Shown piece after piece: positions 1-11,169 of a DNA stretch of 64,000 nucleotides. The stretch lies in NCBI RefSeq assembly GCF_016026235.1, contig NZ_CP065613.1. One strand, given 5' to 3'. A program made the translations under genes and the position numbers. A model generated the notes under the pieces. It did not search any database and was not told the DNA's origin. It was given only the letters and a program-made list of their open reading frames with translations. Positions within the stretch are counted from its first letter, which is position 1; every line of letters begins with the position of its first letter. The stretch is from Escherichia coli (GTDB lineage Bacteria > Pseudomonadota > Gammaproteobacteria > Enterobacterales > Enterobacteriaceae).

Positions 1-3
1 GGC

Positions 4-879
4 GTGATTTTCTTTGGCTTTGGCAATGGCGGGCAGTCGATTGGTTTTAGCAATCTCACAGAGCATGGCGGTTTCTTTGCGGGTGGCTGGAAAGGGTTCC
101 TGACCGCGCTGTGTATTGTGGTGGCGTCCTACCAGGGCGTGGAGCTGATTGGCATTACTGCCGGTGAAGCGAAGAATCCGCAGGTGACGCTGCGCAGTGC
201 CGTAGGCAAAGTGCTGTGGCGGATCCTGATTTTCTACGTAGGCGCGATTTTCGTTATCGTCACCATCTTCCCGTGGAATGAAATTGGCAGCAACGGCAGC
301 CCGTTCGTACTGACTTTTGCCAAAATCGGTATTACCGCAGCGGCGGGCATTATCAACTTTGTGGTGCTGACGGCTGCGCTCTCTGGCTGTAACAGCGGCA
401 TGTACAGTTGCGGACGTATGCTCTACGCACTGGCGAAAAACCGTCAGTTACCGGCGGCGATGGCGAAAGTTTCCCGTCACGGCGTACCAGTTGCGGGTGT
501 GGCAGTATCTATTGCTATTCTGCTAATTGGCTCATGCCTGAACTACATCATTCCCAATCCGCAGCGTGTGTTTGTCTACGTCTACAGTGCCAGCGTGCTT
601 CCGGGGATGGTGCCATGGTTTGTGATATTGATAAGCCAGCTGCGTTTTCGGCGTGCACATAAAGCGGCGATTGCCAGCCATCCGTTCCGCTCAATCCTGT
701 TCCCGTGGGCCAACTACGTAACAATGGCATTCCTGATTTGCGTTTTGATCGGCATGTACTTTAATGAAGATACGCGTATGTCGCTGTTTGTTGGCATCAT
801 CTTTATGCTGGCGGTGACGGCGATTTATAAAGTTTTTGGCCTTAATCGCCACGGGAAAGCGCATAAACTGGAGGAATAA
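4..879 (+). CDS. yifK: APC-family amino acid permease, 3' portion (gene starts upstream of window)
   Basis: ORF runs off the 5' edge; 291 aa polytopic membrane product typical of amino-acid permeases; sits immediately upstream of the argX-hisR-leuT-proM tRNA cluster as yifK does in E. coli. Confidence 0.85.
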
Positions 880-931
880 GCAGCAAAACGCACAAACCGT
901 AACCAAACGCGCAATTTATTTAAAAAGGGAC

Positions 932-960
932 TAGACAGAGGGGTGGGAAGTCCGTATTAT
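932..960 (+). promoter_or_regulatory. Candidate sigma70 promoter of the tRNA operon (TAGACA-17 bp-TATTAT)
   Basis: -35-like TAGACA at 932-937 and -10-like TATTAT at 955-960 with 17 bp spacing, about 20 bp upstream of tRNA-Arg. Confidence 0.4.
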
Positions 961-981
961 CCACCCCCGCAACGGCGCTAA

Positions 982-1058
<77 letters not shown>

Positions 1059-1115
1059 TTTAGTCCCGGCGCTTGAGCTGCGGTGGTAGTAATACCGCGT
1101 AACAAGATTTGTAGT

Positions 1116-1192
1116 GGTGGCTATAGCTCAGTTGGTAGAGCCCTGGATTGTGATTCCAGTTGTCGTGGGTTCGAATCCCATTAGCCACCCCA
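1116..1192 (+). tRNA. hisR: tRNA-His (anticodon GUG)
   Basis: GGUGGCUAUAGCUCAGUUGGUAGAGC...GGUUCGAAUCC...CCACCCCA with the extra 5' G typical of tRNA-His; anticodon loop UUGUGAU. Confidence 0.93.
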
Positions 1193-1212
1193 TTATTAGA
1201 AGTTGTGACAAT

Positions 1213-1299
1213 GCGAAGGTGGCGGAATTGGTAGACGCGCTAGCTTCAGGTGTTAGTGTCCTTACGGACGTGGGGGTTCAAGTCCCCCCCCTCGCACCA
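1213..1299 (+). tRNA. leuT: tRNA-Leu (anticodon CAG), long variable arm
   Basis: 87 nt class II tRNA GCGAAGGUGGCGGAAUUGGUAGACGCG...; anticodon loop CUUCAGGUG; GGUUCAAGUCC T-arm. Confidence 0.92.
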
Positions 1300-1341
1300 C
1301 GACTTTAAAGAATTGAACTAAAAATTCAAAAAGCAGTATTT

Positions 1342-1418
1342 CGGCGAGTAGCGCAGCTTGGTAGCGCAACTGGTTTGGGACCAGTGGGTCGGAGGTTCGA
1401 ATCCTCTCTCGCCGACCA
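1342..1418 (+). tRNA. proM: tRNA-Pro (anticodon UGG)
   Basis: CGGCGAGUAGCGCAGCUUGGUAGCGCA...UUUGGGA anticodon loop...GGUUCGAAUCC...GCCGACCA. Confidence 0.92.
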
Positions 1419-1424
1419 ATTTTG

Positions 1425-1452
1425 AACCCCGCTTCGGCGGGGTTTTTTGTTT
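1425..1452 (+). terminator. Rho-independent terminator of the tRNA operon
   Basis: GC-rich hairpin AACCCCGC-TTCG-GCGGGGTT followed by TTTTGTTTTC. Confidence 0.8.
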
Positions 1453-1564
1453 TCTGTGCATTTCGTCACCCTCCCTTCGCAATAAACGCCCGTAATAACT
1501 CATTGCCCCACGGTATGATTTCGCCCTTAACGTATTGAAGGATGACTTCAGGCAAGGAGTGACC

Positions 1565-2800
1565 ATGCTGCAACAGGTTCCAACGCGTGCTTTTCATGTG
1601 ATGGCGAAACCGAGTGGTTCCGATTGTAATCTGAACTGTGACTACTGTTTTTATCTCGAAAAACAATCCCTTTACCGCGAAAAGCCAGTCACGCATATGG
1701 ACGATGACACGCTGGAAGCGTATGTCCGTCACTATATCGCTGCCAGCGAACCGCAAAACGAAGTGGCTTTTACCTGGCAGGGCGGCGAACCAACGTTACT
1801 CGGGCTGGATTTTTACCGCCGTGCCGTAAAGTTACAGGCGAAATACGGTGCTGGCAGGAAGATAAGTAACAGCTTCCAGACTAACGGCGTGCTGCTCGAT
1901 GATAAATGGTGTGCATTTCTGGCAGAAAATCATTTTCTTGTTGGGTTATCGCTGGACGGTCCGGCTGAGATCCACAATCAATATCGCGTGACCAAAGGTG
2001 GCAGACCAACGCATAAGCTGGTGATGCGTGCCCTGACGCTGCTGCAAAAACATCATGTCGACTATAACGTGCTGGTCTGCGTCAACCGCACCAGCGCGCA
2101 GCAACCGTTGCAGGTTTATGATTTTTTGTGCGATGCGGGAGTCGAATTCATCCAGTTTATTCCGGTGGTCGAGCGCCTGGCTGATGAAACAGCTGCCAGC
2201 GATGGACTGAAACTACATGCGCCTGGTGATATTCAGGGGGAACTGACGGAATGGTCGGTGCGCCCCGATGAATTTGGTGAATTTCTGGTGGCGATATTCG
2301 ACCACTGGATCAAACGCGACGTCGGCAAGATTTTCGTGATGAATATCGAATGGGCGTTTGCCAATTTTGTCGGTGCGCCGGGTGCGGTTTGCCATCATCA
2401 GCCAACCTGTGGGCGCTCGGTGATTGTTGAGCACAACGGCGACGTTTACGCCTGCGATCACTATGTTTATCCGCAATATCGGCTGGGGAATATGCATCAG
2501 CAAACAATTGCAGAAATGATCGATTCCCCGCAACAGCAGGTGTTTGGTGAAGATAAATTTAAGCAATTACCGGCGCAGTGTCGCAGTTGTAACGTGTTAA
2601 AAGCGTGCTGGGGAGGCTGCCCGAAACACCGCTTCATGCTCGATGCCAGCGGCAAACCGGGGCTGAATTATTTGTGTGCCGGGTATCAGCGTTATTTCCG
2701 CCATCTACCGCCATATCTTAAAGCAATGGCTGATTTGCTGGCGCACGGTCGCCCGGCCAGTGACATTATGCAGGCACATTTGCTGGTGGTGAATAAGTAA
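1565..2800 (+). CDS. aslB: Anaerobic sulfatase-maturating enzyme, radical SAM (411 aa from ATG 1565; ORF track extends to 1535)
   Basis: N-terminal CxxxCxxC radical-SAM motif (CNLNCDYC) and C-terminal Cys-rich auxiliary cluster region; length and position after the tRNA operon match aslB. Confidence 0.9.
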   Translation: MLQQVPTRAFHVMAKPSGSDCNLNCDYCFYLEKQSLYREKPVTHMDDDTLEAYVRHYIAASEPQNEVAFTWQGGEPTLLGLDFYRRAVKLQAKYGAGRKISNSFQTNGVLLDDKWCAFLAENHFLVGLSLDGPAEIHNQYRVTKGGRPTHKLVMRALTLLQKHHVDYNVLVCVNRTSAQQPLQVYDFLCDAGVEFIQFIPVVERLADETAASDGLKLHAPGDIQGELTEWSVRPDEFGEFLVAIFDHWIKRDVGKIFVMNIEWAFANFVGAPGAVCHHQPTCGRSVIVEHNGDVYACDHYVYPQYRLGNMHQQTIAEMIDSPQQQVFGEDKFKQLPAQCRSCNVLKACWGGCPKHRFMLDASGKPGLNYLCAGYQRYFRHLPPYLKAMADLLAHGRPASDIMQAHLLVVNK

Positions 2801-2835
2801 AAAAGCGGCCATTTTGTGGCCGCCTGCGGTTGATT

Positions 2836-2870
<35 letters not shown>

Positions 2871-2883
2871 TGATCGTGCAAAT

Positions 2884-3045
2884 TCAATAAATTGCAGCGT
2901 TCTGTGGATACTGGTTTGGGTGATCGTATCCGGCAAAGCCTTTGCGTGCGGTGGCAGTTGACGGGGTATCTGCTGCGCTGGCCATGAGAGGAAGAGCGGC
3001 GGCGACAGCAACAACAAGAAGTTTGGGTGAAAACGAAAATTCCAT
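2884..3045 (-). pseudogene. aslA: 5' stub of a periplasmic protein gene, probably arylsulfatase aslA; rest of gene absent
   Basis: Minus-strand ATG at 3045 encodes [28 protein letters not shown]..., a classic Sec signal peptide with AXA site, then stops after 53 codons; this is where aslA is expected (convergent with aslB, before glmZ/hemY) but only ~160 bp remain. Confidence 0.45.
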
Positions 3046-3469
3046 GCAAAATGCTCCGGTTTCATGTCATCAAAATGATGACGTAATTAAGCATTGATAA
3101 TTGAGATCCCTCTCCCTGACAGGATGATTACATAAATAATAGTGACAAAAATAAATTATTTATTTATCCAGAAAATGAATTGGAAAATCAGGAGAGCGTT
3201 TTCAATCCTACCTCTGGCGCAGTTGATATGTAAGGCAGGTTTATTATATCGCGTTGATTATTGATGCTTTTTTTAGTTTTAACGGCAATTAATATATGTG
3301 TTATTAATTGAATGAATTTTATCATTCATAATAAGTATGTGTAGGATCAAGCTCAGGTTAAATATTCACTCAGGAAGTTATTACTCAGGAAGCAAAGAGG
3401 ATTACAGAATTATCTCATAACAAGTGTTAAGGGATGTTATTTCCCGATTCTCTGTGGCATAATAAACGG

Positions 3470-3676
3470 GTAGATGCTCATTCCATCTCTTATGTTCGCC
3501 TTAGTGCCTCATAAACTCCGGAATGACGCAGAGCCGTTTACGGTGCTTATCGTCCACTGACAGATGTCGCTTATGCCTCATCAGACACCATGGACACAAC
3601 GTTGAGTGAAGCACCCACTTGTTGTCATACAGACCTGTTTTAACGCCTGCTCCGTAATAAGAGCAGGCGTTTTTTT
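3470..3676 (+). ncRNA. glmZ: GlmZ (SraJ/RyiA) small regulatory RNA
   Basis: Sequence GTAGATGCTCATTCCATCTCTTATGTTCGCC...ends in hairpin AACGCCTGCTC-CGTAATAA-GAGCAGGCGTT plus T7 tract; matches my recollection of GlmZ in the aslA-hemY intergenic region; -10-like CATAAT at 3458-3463. Exact 5' end uncertain. Confidence 0.65.
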
Positions 3677-3723
3677 ATGCATCAGAAAGGTCCCGGAGGT
3701 GCTTGCCTCCGGGTGAGAAGGAA

Positions 3724-4920
3724 CTACTGTGGTGGGTTGTTCTGCAACGTTAACATCAAACCGTCGCGACGCATCGCTGCAGCTTCTTCCGGCTTGTGCA
3801 GTCTGTCCAGCGCGTCGGCAAGCCATGCGTAATCGTAGGCGTCCGGACGTTGTTTCAGCGCCGCGCGGAAGGCGAGCGATGCTTCCTGCCATTCTCCGTG
3901 CTTCATCAGTGACTGGCCCAGTGTGCTCCACAACAGCGGGCGATCGCCGACGTTTTTGATCTGCTGGCGCAGCACTTTTTCCAGCTGTTCCGGATTGTTG
4001 GTTTTCAGTCGAGGAATCGGCAGCAGTAGGCGATCGTCGTACTGGCGTTTCAGGCCATCGATGATAATTTGCTGGGCAGTATCATGATCGTCACATTCAA
4101 TAAGATGTTCCGCCATTGCCACCTGCAACGCTACCTGATGACGCGTTTTCCGGCTTTGGTTTTTCCACCAGTTACGCAAACCTTCACTACCGTTATCGGC
4201 ACGCGCCTGATCCATCAGGCCAATCCATGCCTGTTGTTCCAGCATTGCACGATGTTCTTCATCACCAACATGGGCTTTCGCCATTGATGGGATGATATCC
4301 AGCAGCGAACTCCATGCACCTGTGCGGATATACGCCTGTTCCGCCAGACGTAATACTTCCGGATGGCGTGGCGTAACTTCCAGCAGCTTATCCACGCCGT
4401 GGCGTGCAGCATGGTTTTCATTACGGGCCAGTTGCAGACGTACACGGGTGATTTCTACCGGAATGGTGTCATTGCCGGCCAGCTCTGCTGCGCGTTCCAG
4501 ATGTTGGTTGGCGCGTGCTTCATCACCACGTTGTTGCGCGGCTTCGGCAGCCAGTAGATAGTTCACCACCGGTTGTTCCGCGTGATCGGCATTTTTCGCC
4601 ATCAGCTTTTCAACTTGCTGATAATCGCCTTCCGCCAGTTTCAGCAGCGCCTGTTCGGTCTGCTTACGGGCACGGCGACGCTTACGTCCGACAAACCACC
4701 CACGGGTGTGTGCGCCTGTGCGGAAGATCCGCCGCAGTAGCCACTCAATGGCAAACAGCACTACCATCGCCAGAATCAAAATAATCGCCAGGCCCGTGAC
4801 GCTGGTTTCGATATTGTAGTTGTCAGTCTGGATCAGCACGTAACCCTGATGACCGGCAATCATCGGGCCAACCACTATCCCCGCAATCAGCAAAACAAAG
4901 AGTAATAACACTTTTAGCAT
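3724..4920 (-). CDS. hemY: HemY, inner membrane TPR-repeat protein of the heme pathway operon
   Basis: 398 aa ORF with N-terminal TM segments and TPR-like repeats; last gene of hemCDXY on minus strand. Confidence 0.9.
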   Translation of the reverse strand: MLKVLLLFVLLIAGIVVGPMIAGHQGYVLIQTDNYNIETSVTGLAIILILAMVVLFAIEWLLRRIFRTGAHTRGWFVGRKRRRARKQTEQALLKLAEGDYQQVEKLMAKNADHAEQPVVNYLLAAEAAQQRGDEARANQHLERAAELAGNDTIPVEITRVRLQLARNENHAARHGVDKLLEVTPRHPEVLRLAEQAYIRTGAWSSLLDIIPSMAKAHVGDEEHRAMLEQQAWIGLMDQARADNGSEGLRNWWKNQSRKTRHQVALQVAMAEHLIECDDHDTAQQIIIDGLKRQYDDRLLLPIPRLKTNNPEQLEKVLRQQIKNVGDRPLLWSTLGQSLMKHGEWQEASLAFRAALKQRPDAYDYAWLADALDRLHKPEEAAAMRRDGLMLTLQNNPPQ

Positions 4921-4922
4921 GG

Positions 4923-6176
4923 TTATTCTCCTTGCGGCGCGGCTGCCGGAGTATCACCTTGCGGTGCAGGTGCAGGTGCAGGTGCAGGTGCAGGTGCAGG
5001 TGCAGGTGCAGGTGCAGGTGCAGGTGCAGGTGCAGGTGCAGGTGCAGGTTTAGCTTCCGTTGTCCCCGCTGCCGGTTGTGCCAGCAGGTTACGCACGCGG
5101 GTCTGCATCAGTTTTTCCAGCATCGCCTGGCTTTGCAGGGTTTCCGGAAGATCCATCGAGATATTTTGCTGGCTTAACTGGTCCACCTCGTCGAGGAACG
5201 CTTTGGTGGTGGCATCATCAGTATCGTAGTAAGCACGTACCCAGGTGGAGACGTTCTCCAGCGCCTGGCGATAAGTCTCTTCCTGGTGACGCGGTACAGC
5301 TTGTGCTGCGACCAGCAGGCGAGAGCGAATATTTTCGCGCAGATAGATATCCTGATTTGGCGCTAACAGCGGTACGGCGGTGTCATCACGACGGCGAATC
5401 GTAATGAAGTTGTCCATAAAGTTCTGCCAGCTTTTTTGCAGATTGATACGCCATTCGCTGATGGAACTGGAAAGCTCTTCACCGTCGGAATCCATCGGCG
5501 AACCATCGCTGTCATTATCGGCCAGACGCAGGTTATCTACCTGATTTGAAAGCTGATTAAGCTTAAGGATGATGCCGTCATAATCCACCTGCGAAACTGC
5601 AGAAAGGCTGGCGATATCATCGGTAATTGCCCGACGAACGGTAATCAGACTCGGGTCATTCATATCCGCCAGGCTGGCATCTGCACTTTTCAGCAACGCT
5701 GCAGCGGTCGTGACGTCCTGATCGCTCCACAGCTTCCGTCCGGCGAGTTTCACCAGAAAATCGGCCTGAGCCAGCAGCCAGGTTTTAGCATCGCTGCCGG
5801 AAATGGTGGCGACCTTTTGTTGGACTTCATCCAACTGTTTTGCCAGCGTTTCTTGCTGACGATTCGCCTGCTTAAGCTGTGCAGCTTGTTGCTTAATAAT
5901 GCCTTCCAGCTCGGCTTTTTGGCTCTCCTGGGCTTTTTGCAATGCCGTCAGTTGGTTAGCCAGGGCATCGCTGGTGGCGGTCTGATTGACGGCCTGTTGT
6001 TTACCCCAGCCATACAAACCGACGCCCGCCGCCAGAGCAATAGCGATAGCCACCGCGCTGAGAATCAATGCGGTATTGTTCTTACTCTTTTTTTCTGTTG
6101 CGACAGGTTGTGACGTGGTGTCCACGGCCTCCCTGGTCTCTTCAACCACGGCGGAGGTTTTTTCTTGTTCCGTCAT
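4923..6176 (-). CDS. hemX: HemX, membrane protein with C-terminal (Pro-Ala)n tract
   Basis: 417 aa ORF adjacent to hemY/hemD; coiled-coil region rich in Q/A/L and terminal PAPAPA... repeat. Confidence 0.88.
   Translation of the reverse strand: MTEQEKTSAVVEETREAVDTTSQPVATEKKSKNNTALILSAVAIAIALAAGVGLYGWGKQQAVNQTATSDALANQLTALQKAQESQKAELEGIIKQQAAQLKQANRQQETLAKQLDEVQQKVATISGSDAKTWLLAQADFLVKLAGRKLWSDQDVTTAAALLKSADASLADMNDPSLITVRRAITDDIASLSAVSQVDYDGIILKLNQLSNQVDNLRLADNDSDGSPMDSDGEELSSSISEWRINLQKSWQNFMDNFITIRRRDDTAVPLLAPNQDIYLRENIRSRLLVAAQAVPRHQEETYRQALENVSTWVRAYYDTDDATTKAFLDEVDQLSQQNISMDLPETLQSQAMLEKLMQTRVRNLLAQPAAGTTEAKPAPAPAPAPAPAPAPAPAPAPAPAPAPAPQGDTPAAAPQGE
4963..5046. repeat. Perfect tandem hexanucleotide repeat (GGTGCA)x14 encoding (Pro-Ala)n in hemX
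   Basis: Counted directly: 14 contiguous GGTGCA units on the plus strand (TGCACC on the coding strand). Confidence 0.95.
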
Positions 6177-6197
6177 TATGGCTTCCTGTTATGAGAG

Positions 6198-6938
6198 TTA
6201 TTGTAATGCCCGTAAAAGCGCATCGTTGTCAGCGTTATCGGCGACCTTAATGTCTTGCCAGCCCAGTTCCCGGGCGAGTTTCGCCAAACGCTCACTGACG
6301 ACCAATAGTCGACAGCGTAGTAACCAGTGCTCACGATACCATTGTGGGATCAGCGACCAGAGTTGCTGCAACATTTCACCGCTGGTAACAACGACCGTCG
6401 TCACCTCGCGGGATTGCCAGCGCATCGCTTCTTCTGCACCATCGTAATGGATTGCGCATCGTTGATAACATTCACAAAAAGTGACCTCAGCACCGCGCGC
6501 TGTCAGGGTATCCCCAATTAGCTCACGACCGCCATTGCCACGTAATATCAGCGCACGTTTGCCCGCAATATTTTGTAATTCAGGTAATTGTAGCAAGACT
6601 TCGCTGATTTCCCGATCCTGCGGGTAGAGAATCTTCTGTCCGCTTACGGTATGTAGCGCCAGTGCGGTGGTGCGTCCAATGGCGAAATAATCAGGTAGTC
6701 GGGGCCATTTACGATCTTGCTGATGCAGCTGTGATTGGGCAAAAGCAACCGCGTGTTGCGAGAGGGCAAACAGCAGATCGCTCTCCCCCAGCGCCGCCAG
6801 TTGATCAGCAAGTTGCGGTAATTGTCGACCCGGAGAAAACTCAATCAGCGGAAAATGCCAGGCCACCTGCCCCAGTGTGCGCAGACGGCTCACTAACTCT
6901 TCTCCAGCGGGAGACGGGCGGGTGACCAGGATACTCAT
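6198..6938 (-). CDS. hemD: Uroporphyrinogen-III synthase
   Basis: 246 aa ORF; 4 bp overlap with hemC stop region; conserved position in hemCDXY. Confidence 0.9.
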   Translation of the reverse strand: MSILVTRPSPAGEELVSRLRTLGQVAWHFPLIEFSPGRQLPQLADQLAALGESDLLFALSQHAVAFAQSQLHQQDRKWPRLPDYFAIGRTTALALHTVSGQKILYPQDREISEVLLQLPELQNIAGKRALILRGNGGRELIGDTLTARGAEVTFCECYQRCAIHYDGAEEAMRWQSREVTTVVVTSGEMLQQLWSLIPQWYREHWLLRCRLLVVSERLAKLARELGWQDIKVADNADNDALLRALQ

Positions 6939-7876
6939 GTCGGGGCGTCTCCGTTATAGACTTCAGCGAGGATCTCGCGCGCGCCGTTATTCAGTAGCTC
7001 TTCTGCCAGCGAAATCCCCATTTGTTCGGCATCTTGCGGCGCACCGCGGCGTTCACCGCGAATAATCTGCGAACCGTCCGGCGCGCCGACCAGCGCACGC
7101 AGCCAGATTTCACCATCAATAAGCTCGGCGTAGCTACCAATTGGCACCTGACATCCGCCTTCGAGACGGGTATTCATGGCGCGTTCTGCGGTAACGCGCA
7201 GTGCAGTTTCGTGGTGATTCAGCGCGGCAAGCAGCTCGCGAGTGCGTGCATCATCAAGGCGGCATTCAATACCCACCGCACCTTGCCCTACCGCCGGAAG
7301 AGAAATCTCGGGTGGCAACGCGGCGCGAATACGTGACTCCAGACCTAAACGTTTTAGTCCGGCTACGGCAAGAATGATGGCATCGTATTCGCCGTTATCT
7401 AGTTTGCTCAGGCGAGTGCCGACGTTGCCGCGCAGGGAGCGGATAATCAGATCCGGGCGGCGTTCAGCCAGTTGGCACTGGCGACGTAAACTGGACGTCC
7501 CGACGATACTGCCTGCCGGTAACGCATCCAGACTGTCATAATTATTGGACACAAAGGCATCGCGAGGATCTTCACGCTCACAAATAGTGACCAACCCCAG
7601 ACCTTGCGGGAATTCAACCGGCACATCTTTCATTGAATGTACGGCGATATCGGCGCGATTCTCCAGGAGCGCGACTTCCAGCTCTTTTACAAATAAGCCT
7701 TTTCCGCCTACTTTCGCCAGCGGCGTATCAAGAATCACATCGCCGCGCGTCACCATCGGTACCAGTTCAACCACCAGGCCCGGATGGCTCGCCATCAACT
7801 TGTCTTTGACATAGTGTGCCTGCCAGAGTGCAAGTGGGCTTTGGCGTGTGGCAATTCTTAAAACATTGTCTAACAT
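6935..7876 (-). CDS. hemC: Porphobilinogen deaminase / hydroxymethylbilane synthase (313 aa from ATG 7876; ORF track extends to 7897)
   Basis: Product begins [20 protein letters not shown]... as HemC does; first gene of hemCDXY, divergent from cyaA. Confidence 0.92.
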   Translation of the reverse strand: MLDNVLRIATRQSPLALWQAHYVKDKLMASHPGLVVELVPMVTRGDVILDTPLAKVGGKGLFVKELEVALLENRADIAVHSMKDVPVEFPQGLGLVTICEREDPRDAFVSNNYDSLDALPAGSIVGTSSLRRQCQLAERRPDLIIRSLRGNVGTRLSKLDNGEYDAIILAVAGLKRLGLESRIRAALPPEISLPAVGQGAVGIECRLDDARTRELLAALNHHETALRVTAERAMNTRLEGGCQVPIGSYAELIDGEIWLRALVGAPDGSQIIRGERRGAPQDAEQMGISLAEELLNNGAREILAEVYNGDAPT

Positions 7877-8262
7877 GCTTGTTACCGTCATTATCATCCG
7901 TGGTCCATCCTAACATCCTTGCCAGAGTGATGTCAGTGTTGTGGTGAAACGTAGACGCTTGCGCAAACCGTAAAATGAGGTCTGGCAGTGGATCCTGACA
8001 GGCGTTTCACGCCGTCGTAATAAGGAATTTACAGAGAATAAACGGTGCTACACTTGTATGTAGCGCATCTTTCTTTACGGTCAATCAGCAAGGTGTTAAA
8101 TTGATCACGTTTTAGACCATTTTTTCGTCGTGAAACTAAAAAAACCAGGCGCGAAAAGTGGTAACGGTTACCTTTGACATACGAAATATCCCGAATGCCG
8201 CGTGTTACCGTTGATGTTGGCGGAATCACAGTCATGACGGGTAGCAAATCAGGCGATACGTC

Positions 8263-10809
8263 TTGTACCTCTATATTGAGACTCTGAAACAGAGACTGGA
8301 TGCCATAAATCAATTGCGTGTGGATCGCGCGCTTGCTGCTATGGGGCCTGCATTCCAACAGGTCTACAGTCTACTGCCGACATTGTTGCACTATCACCAT
8401 CCGCTAATGCCGGGTTACCTTGATGGTAACGTTCCCAAAGGCATTTGCCTTTACACGCCTGATGAAACTCAACGCCACTACCTGAACGAGCTTGAACTGT
8501 ATCGTGGAATGTCAGTACAGGACCCACCGAAAGGTGAGCTTCCAATTACTGGTGTATACACCATGGGCAGCACCTCGTCCGTAGGGCAAAGTTGTTCCTC
8601 TGACCTGGATATCTGGGTCTGTCATCAATCCTGGCTCGATAGCGAAGAGCGCCAGTTACTACAACGTAAATGTAGTCTGCTGGAAAGCTGGGCCGCCTCG
8701 CTGGGTGTGGAAGTCAGCTTCTTCCTGATTGATGAAAACCGCTTCCGTCATAATGAAAGCGGCAGCCTGGGGGGCGAAGATTGTGGCTCCACCCAGCATA
8801 TACTGCTGCTTGACGAATTTTATCGTACCGCCGTGCGTCTCGCCGGTAAGCGTATTCTGTGGAATATGGTGCCGTGCGACGAAGAAGAGCATTACGACGA
8901 CTATGTGATGACGCTTTACGCGCAGGGCGTGCTGACGCCAAATGAATGGCTGGATCTCGGTGGCTTAAGCTCGCTTTCTGCTGAAGAGTACTTTGGTGCC
9001 AGCCTTTGGCAGCTCTACAAGAGTATCGATTCCCCATACAAAGCGGTACTGAAAACACTGCTGCTGGAAGCCTATTCCTGGGAATACCCGAACCCACGTC
9101 TGCTGGCGAAAGATATCAAACAGCGTTTGCACGACGGCGAGATTGTATCGTTTGGTCTCGATCCATACTGCATGATGCTGGAGCGTGTTACTGAATACCT
9201 GACGGCGATTGAAGATTTTACCCGTCTGGATTTAGTACGTCGCTGCTTCTATTTAAAAGTGTGCGAAAAGCTCAGCCGTGAACGCGCCTGCGTAGGCTGG
9301 CGTCGCGCAGTGTTGAGCCAGTTAGTGAGCGAGTGGGGTTGGGACGAAGCTCGTCTGGCAATGCTCGATAACCGTGCTAACTGGAAGATTGATCAGGTGC
9401 GTGAGGCGCACAACGAGCTGCTCGACGCGATGATGCAGAGCTACCGTAATCTGATCCGCTTTGCGCGTCGCAATAACCTTAGCGTCTCCGCCAGTCCGCA
9501 GGATATCGGCGTACTGACGCGTAAACTGTATGCCGCGTTTGAAGCATTGCCAGGTAAAGTGACGCTGGTAAACCCGCAGATTTCGCCCGATCTCTCGGAA
9601 CCGAATCTGACCTTTATTTATGTGCCGCCGGGCCGTGCTAACCGTTCAGGTTGGTATCTGTATAACCGCGCGCCAAATATTGAGTCGATCATCAGCCATC
9701 AGCCGCTGGAATATAACCGTTACCTGAATAAACTGGTGGCGTGGGCATGGTTTAACGGTCTGCTGACCTCGCGCACCCGTTTGTATATTAAAGGTAACGG
9801 CATTGTCGATTTGCCTAAGTTGCAGGAGATGGTCGCCGACGTGTCGCACCATTTCCCGCTGCGCTTACCTGCACCGACACCGAAGGCGCTCTACAGCCCG
9901 TGTGAGATCCGCCATCTGGCGATTATCGTTAACCTGGAATATGACCCGACAGCGGCGTTCCGCAATCAGGTGGTGCATTTTGATTTCCGTAAGCTGGATG
10001 TCTTCAGCTTTGGCGAGAATCAAAATTGCCTGGTAGGTAGCGTTGACCTGCTGTACCGCAACTCGTGGAACGAAGTGCGTACGCTGCACTTCAACGGCGA
10101 GCAATCGATGATCGAAGCCCTGAAAACTATTCTCGGCAAAATGCATCAGGACGCCGCACCGCCAGATAGCGTGGAAGTCTTCTGTTATAGCCAGCATCTG
10201 CGCGGCTTAATCCGTACTCGCGTGCAGCAACTGGTTTCTGAGTGTATTGAACTGCGCCTTTCCAGCACCCGCCAGGAAACCGGGCGTTTCAAGGCGCTGC
10301 GCGTTTCTGGTCAAACCTGGGGGTTGTTCTTCGAACGCCTGAATGTATCGGTACAAAAACTGGAAAACGCCATCGAGTTTTATGGCGCTATTTCGCATAA
10401 CAAACTGCACGGCCTGTCAGTGCAGGTTGAAACCAATCACGTCAAATTACCGGCGGTGGTGGACGGCTTTGCTAGTGAAGGGATCATCCAGTTCTTCTTC
10501 GAAGAAACGCAAGACGAGAATGGCTTTAATATCTACATTCTTGACGAAAGCAACCGGGTTGAGGTGTATCACCACTGCGAAGGCAGCAAAGAGGAACTGG
10601 TGCGTGACGTCAGTCGCTTCTACTCGTCATCGCACGACCGCTTCACCTACGGCTCAAGCTTCATCAACTTCAACCTGCCGCAGTTCTATCAGATTGTGAA
10701 GGTTGATGGTCGTGAACAGGTGATTCCGTTCCGCACAAAATCTATCGGTAACATGCCGCCTGCCAATCAGGATCACGATACGCCGCTATTACAGCAATAT
10801 TTTTCGTGA
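8263..10809 (+). CDS. cyaA: Adenylate cyclase, class I (848 aa, TTG start)
   Basis: 848 aa ORF beginning TTG TAC CTC TAT ATT GAG ([19 protein letters not shown]...); cyaA is known to use a TTG start. Confidence 0.95.
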   Translation: MYLYIETLKQRLDAINQLRVDRALAAMGPAFQQVYSLLPTLLHYHHPLMPGYLDGNVPKGICLYTPDETQRHYLNELELYRGMSVQDPPKGELPITGVYTMGSTSSVGQSCSSDLDIWVCHQSWLDSEERQLLQRKCSLLESWAASLGVEVSFFLIDENRFRHNESGSLGGEDCGSTQHILLLDEFYRTAVRLAGKRILWNMVPCDEEEHYDDYVMTLYAQGVLTPNEWLDLGGLSSLSAEEYFGASLWQLYKSIDSPYKAVLKTLLLEAYSWEYPNPRLLAKDIKQRLHDGEIVSFGLDPYCMMLERVTEYLTAIEDFTRLDLVRRCFYLKVCEKLSRERACVGWRRAVLSQLVSEWGWDEARLAMLDNRANWKIDQVREAHNELLDAMMQSYRNLIRFARRNNLSVSASPQDIGVLTRKLYAAFEALPGKVTLVNPQISPDLSEPNLTFIYVPPGRANRSGWYLYNRAPNIESIISHQPLEYNRYLNKLVAWAWFNGLLTSRTRLYIKGNGIVDLPKLQEMVADVSHHFPLRLPAPTPKALYSPCEIRHLAIIVNLEYDPTAAFRNQVVHFDFRKLDVFSFGENQNCLVGSVDLLYRNSWNEVRTLHFNGEQSMIEALKTILGKMHQDAAPPDSVEVFCYSQHLRGLIRTRVQQLVSECIELRLSSTRQETGRFKALRVSGQTWGLFFERLNVSVQKLENAIEFYGAISHNKLHGLSVQVETNHVKLPAVVDGFASEGIIQFFFEETQDENGFNIYILDESNRVEVYHHCEGSKEELVRDVSRFYSSSHDRFTYGSSFINFNLPQFYQIVKVDGREQVIPFRTKSIGNMPPANQDHDTPLLQQYFS

Positions 10810-10848
10810 TGAACGTGCCGGAAAGCGAGGCTTATCCGGCATGCAATC

Positions 10849-11169
10849 TTAGCGGAAACTGACTGTTTCACCCGCCTGCTGCGTCGCCGCCTGTTCCAGC
10901 AAATCCCAGAAGGTTTCGCCGCTGCGATCGCAAATCCACTCATCGCCTTTCAGATCAAAATGGTAGCCGCCTTGTTTGGTTGCCAGCCATACCTGGTGCA
11001 GCGGTTCCTGGCGGTTGATAATGATTTTGCTGCCGTTTTCAAAGGTAATGGTCAGCACGCCGCCGTTGATTTCGCAGTCGATATCGCTGTCGCCATCCCA
11101 GTCGTCCAGACGCTCTTCAATGGTCAGCCACAGTTGATCAGCCAGGCGATGAAATTCACTGTCGTTCAT
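10849..11169 (-). CDS. cyaY: Frataxin homolog, iron-binding protein
   Basis: 106 aa acidic product [33 protein letters not shown]...; convergent with cyaA. Confidence 0.92.

Noticed and set aside
3100-3460. AT-rich ~400 bp stretch with short palindromes (for example AATAAATTATTTATTT) that might be a mobile element scar or a small gene
   Set aside because: No ORF of meaningful length, no terminal inverted repeats or target duplication; it is more simply the aslA/glmZ upstream regulatory region. Left unannotated.
4961-5049. Short tandem repeat array that could be mistaken for a CRISPR or minisatellite locus
   Set aside because: Units are 6 bp, contiguous, without spacers, and in frame inside hemX; it is a coding (Pro-Ala)n microsatellite. 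No CRISPR array (28-37 bp repeats with unique spacers) was seen anywhere in the window.
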